DNA from: Paraspadella gotoi
Lineage: Eukaryota; Animalia; Chaetognatha
Reading direction: 5' to 3'
DNA: 22,645 bases
Assembly (NCBI GenBank): GCA_051294375.1
Contig: JBJCIZ010000717.1
Coordinates: forward strand, 1 to 22,645
The position numbers were made by a program, and so were the translations under genes. How positions within the stretch are numbered: the stretch's first letter is position 1; each line of letters starts with the position of its first letter. Positions 18,570 to 22,645 of this stretch are shown piece by piece. The notes under the pieces are model-generated. The model searched no databases. It worked only from the letters and a program-made list of their open reading frames with translations, and had not been told where the DNA came from.

Positions 18570-19068
18570 TTTTTTTTTACAAAAAAATTTTTTTAGATAT
18601 AATTGTGGGTTCACTTAATTTAAAAAAAAACGATTGTGCCAGACGAACAGGGCGCAGAAAACCCGGGGTCCTTTGGGTAGAGAATAGGTCACGCTACGTT
18701 GCGCCGGCGCCATAAGTACTGCTGAGTCTTTTAAACGAGTTAAAAGGGGCCTGTAGAGTCTTCTCTCTCTTCTCTCTTTTAATTATTATATATCGCTCTT
18801 TCTCTTTTCTCTTTTTCTCTGCAGCGGCTGGTCTCCTCTCTCTCTCTTTTTCTCTCTCTCTCTCTGTCTCCTCTGTCTCTCTGTGCTGTGCTCTGTTCCC
18901 TATCTGTCCGATCTTTGCAGTGGATCGTTTTTTTTGAAAATTCTGATTATTTTTTTCCTCTTAAAACTTTTATTATTGCCATTTATTCGCGCTTTTTTTC
19001 AATTACAAAATCCCATATTTTCATCCGAGATTTCGTGGATTTATTCTCTCTCTTTCTCTCTCTTTCTT

Positions 19069-19129
<61 letters not shown>

Positions 19130-19160
19130 TCTCTCTCTCTCTCTCTCTTCTCTCTCTTCT
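18435..19160. repeat. Cluster of (CT)n tracts (18435-18455, 18520-18568, 18760-18890, 19045-19160)
   Basis: Direct inspection. Confidence 0.85.
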
Positions 19161-19308
19161 CACTCATAAATATATTGCAATCCATCTCACGAACCTTCCT
19201 TTCAATGAAGCCATAAAAGCTCGCCACTCCTCAAACCTCCAAACTCTTCCAATCCCCCCAACCCTCGTCAAACGGTCCCTCAACACCTAGCTCTCTCATC
19301 CCATCAAC

Positions 19309-21896
19309 CTTCAGAGTCTGCACGAAGCATCAGCGACGCACTCGTCGACGCTTCGTTGTTTGCCGTGTCGACGCCAGAGATCCGGGTCGGACGGAGGTCG
19401 TAAGGGGAGTCGATCCCGGGTGAAACTTTGATGATTCCGGCGCGGGCTTTTGGTATAGGCCTTCACGTCGCCAGCTGTTCGATGGAGTTGGGAGGACGGG
19501 GGACGAGAAATTGGCTCATTCACGGTCTTATATTCATTTATTCATTCATTCATTTCATTCATTTTCATTCATCACGTTCTCATGCCAATTCCTTCATTTC
19601 TCATTCTTTTACTCTACTCGTTATCTATTCTTTATCTCTAGGAGATTAATATCATTCCTCTTCCTTCGCATTCGTCGTTCTTTATCCCTCATTCTTCATT
19701 ATTCATTGCTTATCCTCATTCTTCTTTTCTTTAATCTATCATCCCATACTCCTTATTGCGTTTGACCCTAATTGTTTCATTCTTCATCATCATTCTATCA
19801 TTCTTCGTCTTAATTCTTCATAACCATACTCCTTATTCTTTATCCTAATGGTCATTCTTTACCCTCATTCTCTCATACTATCTTCATCTTTTTTCACTCT
19901 TCATTTCTTTCTTCTTCAACCGCGAATTTATCAATCTCACTCTCCATCCCTCACCTCGCATACTTGAAGTGACGCGGTCGACGAAAACATTCGAAGAAAG
20001 GCGAGCATTCCGGCGACTCGTGAACTTTCCTCAAAGGACAAATGATCAATCATAGAGTATAGATGAACGGAATATATAAATATAAAAGTATTATATAAAA
20101 ATAATGTGCAATAAGTATTACAATAATAAATAATCAGAATATCAGAAAACATAAGTTGCAAATTGATAAATGACAATTTAATAGGTAATTCATTCCAATA
20201 AATCAATCAATCAAATCATTAGTTTAAAAATCTAAATTAAACGATCGATAAAGCAACAAAATTATCTACCAATCAATCGTCAATTGATCAATAAATGAAT
20301 CATTTCATTCAAATCGATAAATCAATCAATCAATCAAGCAAACAATCAATCAATGATTTAATCAATCCAATTCATCGATTAAGCATTCAATCATGATCGA
20401 TCAATCATGCATCGATAAATCATTTAATCATTCAATAAATCAATCAATCAATCGATAAATCGTTCATTCAATTCAATCAATTAGTCAATCAACAAATTCC
20501 AAACCTGGCATCTTCTCTGTCTTGCGAAAACGGTTGAGATGAAGGAGCAGAGGCAGACGACGCCGGCGTCGGCGAACAACTTCGCCACCTTTTATTATCG
20601 GGTCGGAAGGAAGGGGAGTTGGGGGGTGGGAGTGGTGTCGCAGGTTTTGAGGGGGGGATGGTGGTTTAGATGGGGGTGTGATCCGTAAAATAGCTAAAAA
20701 AGACAGGCGGATCGTTCATAAAAACATTAAACCACTTTATGAATACGAGGGTACTGTGTCAGCGTGATAAACTTCGACTCTTAGAGAGTCTCGCTTGAAA
20801 GAGCTAGAAGAGAGTGTTACAGGGATCGGAGAATTTTTATAATATATAATTTAATAATTAATAATTTAAATAATTAATAATTTAAAATACAACTTAAAAT
20901 TTCATTGAGGCGCGTGTGGAAATAAGGCGAGAGTCTCTCGCTGCGGTCACGAGATCATCCTCAGTTCTGGGTCAGATTGCGTCCGTGATGTCATTTCATC
21001 TCTTGGACGAAACTCTAAACGGTTATTCATATTCGGCAAAACTCTTAGTATCACAAGGTTTCACAACCTGGCAACCTCGAAAGGCCCATCTCACCTCCCG
21101 CAACCTCCTCACGTTCTCTTCCCGCATCTCCCGCCGAAAATCCCAAATCTTTATGGACTGCCTTTTCTAATGTTTGTCGCCGCGAGAGAATAAGTCGTTA
21201 TTCCTCGCCGGTGAGGAAATCTTCCAGGCGGAAACGAGGGTCGTTTTTTCCGGCGCCGGAAAGACCTTTTTTTTTTGAGTGGAGGGGGGGGAGTAGCAGA
21301 AATAAAGAGGAGTTTTAAGGGGGGGAAATGGGGGAATTGCAGCGTGAGCTTCTGACGAATTGTCAACCAGAAAAAAAGTTTATGGCGGGAAAAAAAATTT
21401 AAGATTTAGAATATCGGAAAAACCAAATTAATAAAATATAATAATAAAAATCAAAATAAAAAAGTATAGAATTTGTAATAACTAATTTTATGAATATATT
21501 TAAATCTAAAACTTGGAATAGTGTAACAACTCAAACCAAGTAATATCGCGATGATGGCCATTTTTAATTGTATGAAGGACAGTCCGACGGATCACATACC
21601 GGACCGGACCGAGAAGTGACTTAGAGAGTTGCTCCGCGAGTACTCGCAACTAAAAACTACAACGACAACAACGGCAAGGACCTCACCCGCCCGTCCTCAC
21701 CTCATTCCTTACCCGTAAACCAAATGGTGCAGCCTCGAAACTTTCCTCCTCTTCTTCCTACGATCGACGCTCGTCTTTGTCGGGACACGATCTGAGTTTG
21801 TCCCGTCGAGAGGAATCGCTTGTCGCCAGACGGTCCCGAGTTCGAATCCCCGGCCCCAGAGGTCTTTTCGTTGTTGTTGTTGTTGACGACCGACAT
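19309..21896 (-). pseudogene. PAPSS: Truncated inverted PAPSS copy: exons 1-5 only (APS kinase domain); partial duplicate or assembly-duplicated haplotype
   Basis: Reverse-complement matches to exon 1 (21713-21896; MSVVNNNNN...FRGCTIWFTG), exon 2 (21095-21265), exon 3 (20505-20588), exon 4 (19955-20029) and exon 5 (19309-19474), with all intervening introns. No exon 6-12 sequence follows. Confidence 0.85.
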
Positions 21897-22281
21897 GTTT
21901 GGACTTTTTTGGTTTTTAAAATGAACGTTTTGTTTTGGTAAACGTTTTTGTCCGTTTTGGATTTTTAGAAACGTTATTAAAAAAAAATTTTAATAATATT
22001 TTCTGGGCTTTTTTTTTTTTTTTTTTGAAGACAAATTTATGTTCTAGTTGAATAGTTTTTTTTTTTTTTTAAGTTAAAGATAGACGAATCTACCGCGACT
22101 TATCAACTTTTAAAAAGTTTTTTTAGAGAAAATTTCTGCTTTGAAAATCATTCATCGATTTTGTGGTTCGTGAAAATTTAAAATAAACTTCGCTACTTGG
22201 GATCGAATTCCAAAATTGATTCTGGATCTTAAAATGAGAGAGTAAGAACTCGTTTAATGTTTGGAGTGTCTAAAGTCAGGT

Positions 22282-22524
22282 NNNNNNNNNNNNNNNNNNN
22301 NNNNNNNNNNNNNNNNNNNNNNNNNNNNNNNNNNNNNNNNNNNNNNNNNNNNNNNNNNNNNNNNNNNNNNNNNNNNNNNNNNNNNNNNNNNNNNNNNNNN
22401 NNNNNNNNNNNNNNNNNNNNNNNNNNNNNNNNNNNNNNNNNNNNNNNNNNNNNNNNNNNNNNNNNNNNNNNNNNNNNNNNNNNNNNNNNNNNNNNNNNNN
22501 NNNNNNNNNNNNNNNNNNNNNNNN
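22282..22524. other. Assembly gap (243 N)
   Basis: Run of N; its flanks match 3127 and 3388 in the other arm. Confidence 0.99.
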
Positions 22525-22645
22525 AAGCATAAGCTTTAATTTGAGACTTATTAAATGAATGAATAATTTTATATTTATTGTACCAATTTTATAAACTATA
22601 TGAGAGAGAACTTCTAGTTTTGAACTTAGCGGATATGAAGAAAGC

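Larger units (their letters stand above)
19045..22645 (-). repeat. Right arm of large inverted repeat (runs off window end)
   Basis: Reverse complement of 3002-6680; contains the N-gap. Confidence 0.95.

Noticed and set aside
22257-22539. Poly-X ORFs
   Set aside because: Artefacts of the N-gap.
1-22645. Prokaryotic systems (CRISPR, operons), tRNA and rRNA genes
   Set aside because: None seen; the repeats are simple tandem tracts without unique spacers, and the genes are spliceosomal.

Overview
Eukaryotic, probably invertebrate metazoan, AT-rich and microsatellite-dense genomic DNA. Frequent 1-nt indels suggest an unpolished long-read assembly. The main feature is a 12-exon bifunctional PAPS synthase gene (PAPSS: N-terminal APS kinase, C-terminal ATP sulfurylase) on the + strand at ~3795-10422. 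A >=3.6 kb inverted copy of its upstream region and exons 1-5 (the APS kinase domain only) lies at ~19045-22645 on the - strand; it breaks off inside the (GA)n tract of intron 5. Lower-confidence features are a divergently oriented, probably secreted LRR-type gene at the left edge, a probable secreted-protein gene at ~12733-14504 (-), and two unexplained coding-like blocks. The most unusual signal is intron architecture. All 11 PAPSS introns are 347-496 nt, most are filled with different simple repeats, they are G/T-rich at the donor end and C/A-rich at the acceptor end, and 6 of 11 end in AAG. Most ORFs in the supplied track are microsatellite artefacts.
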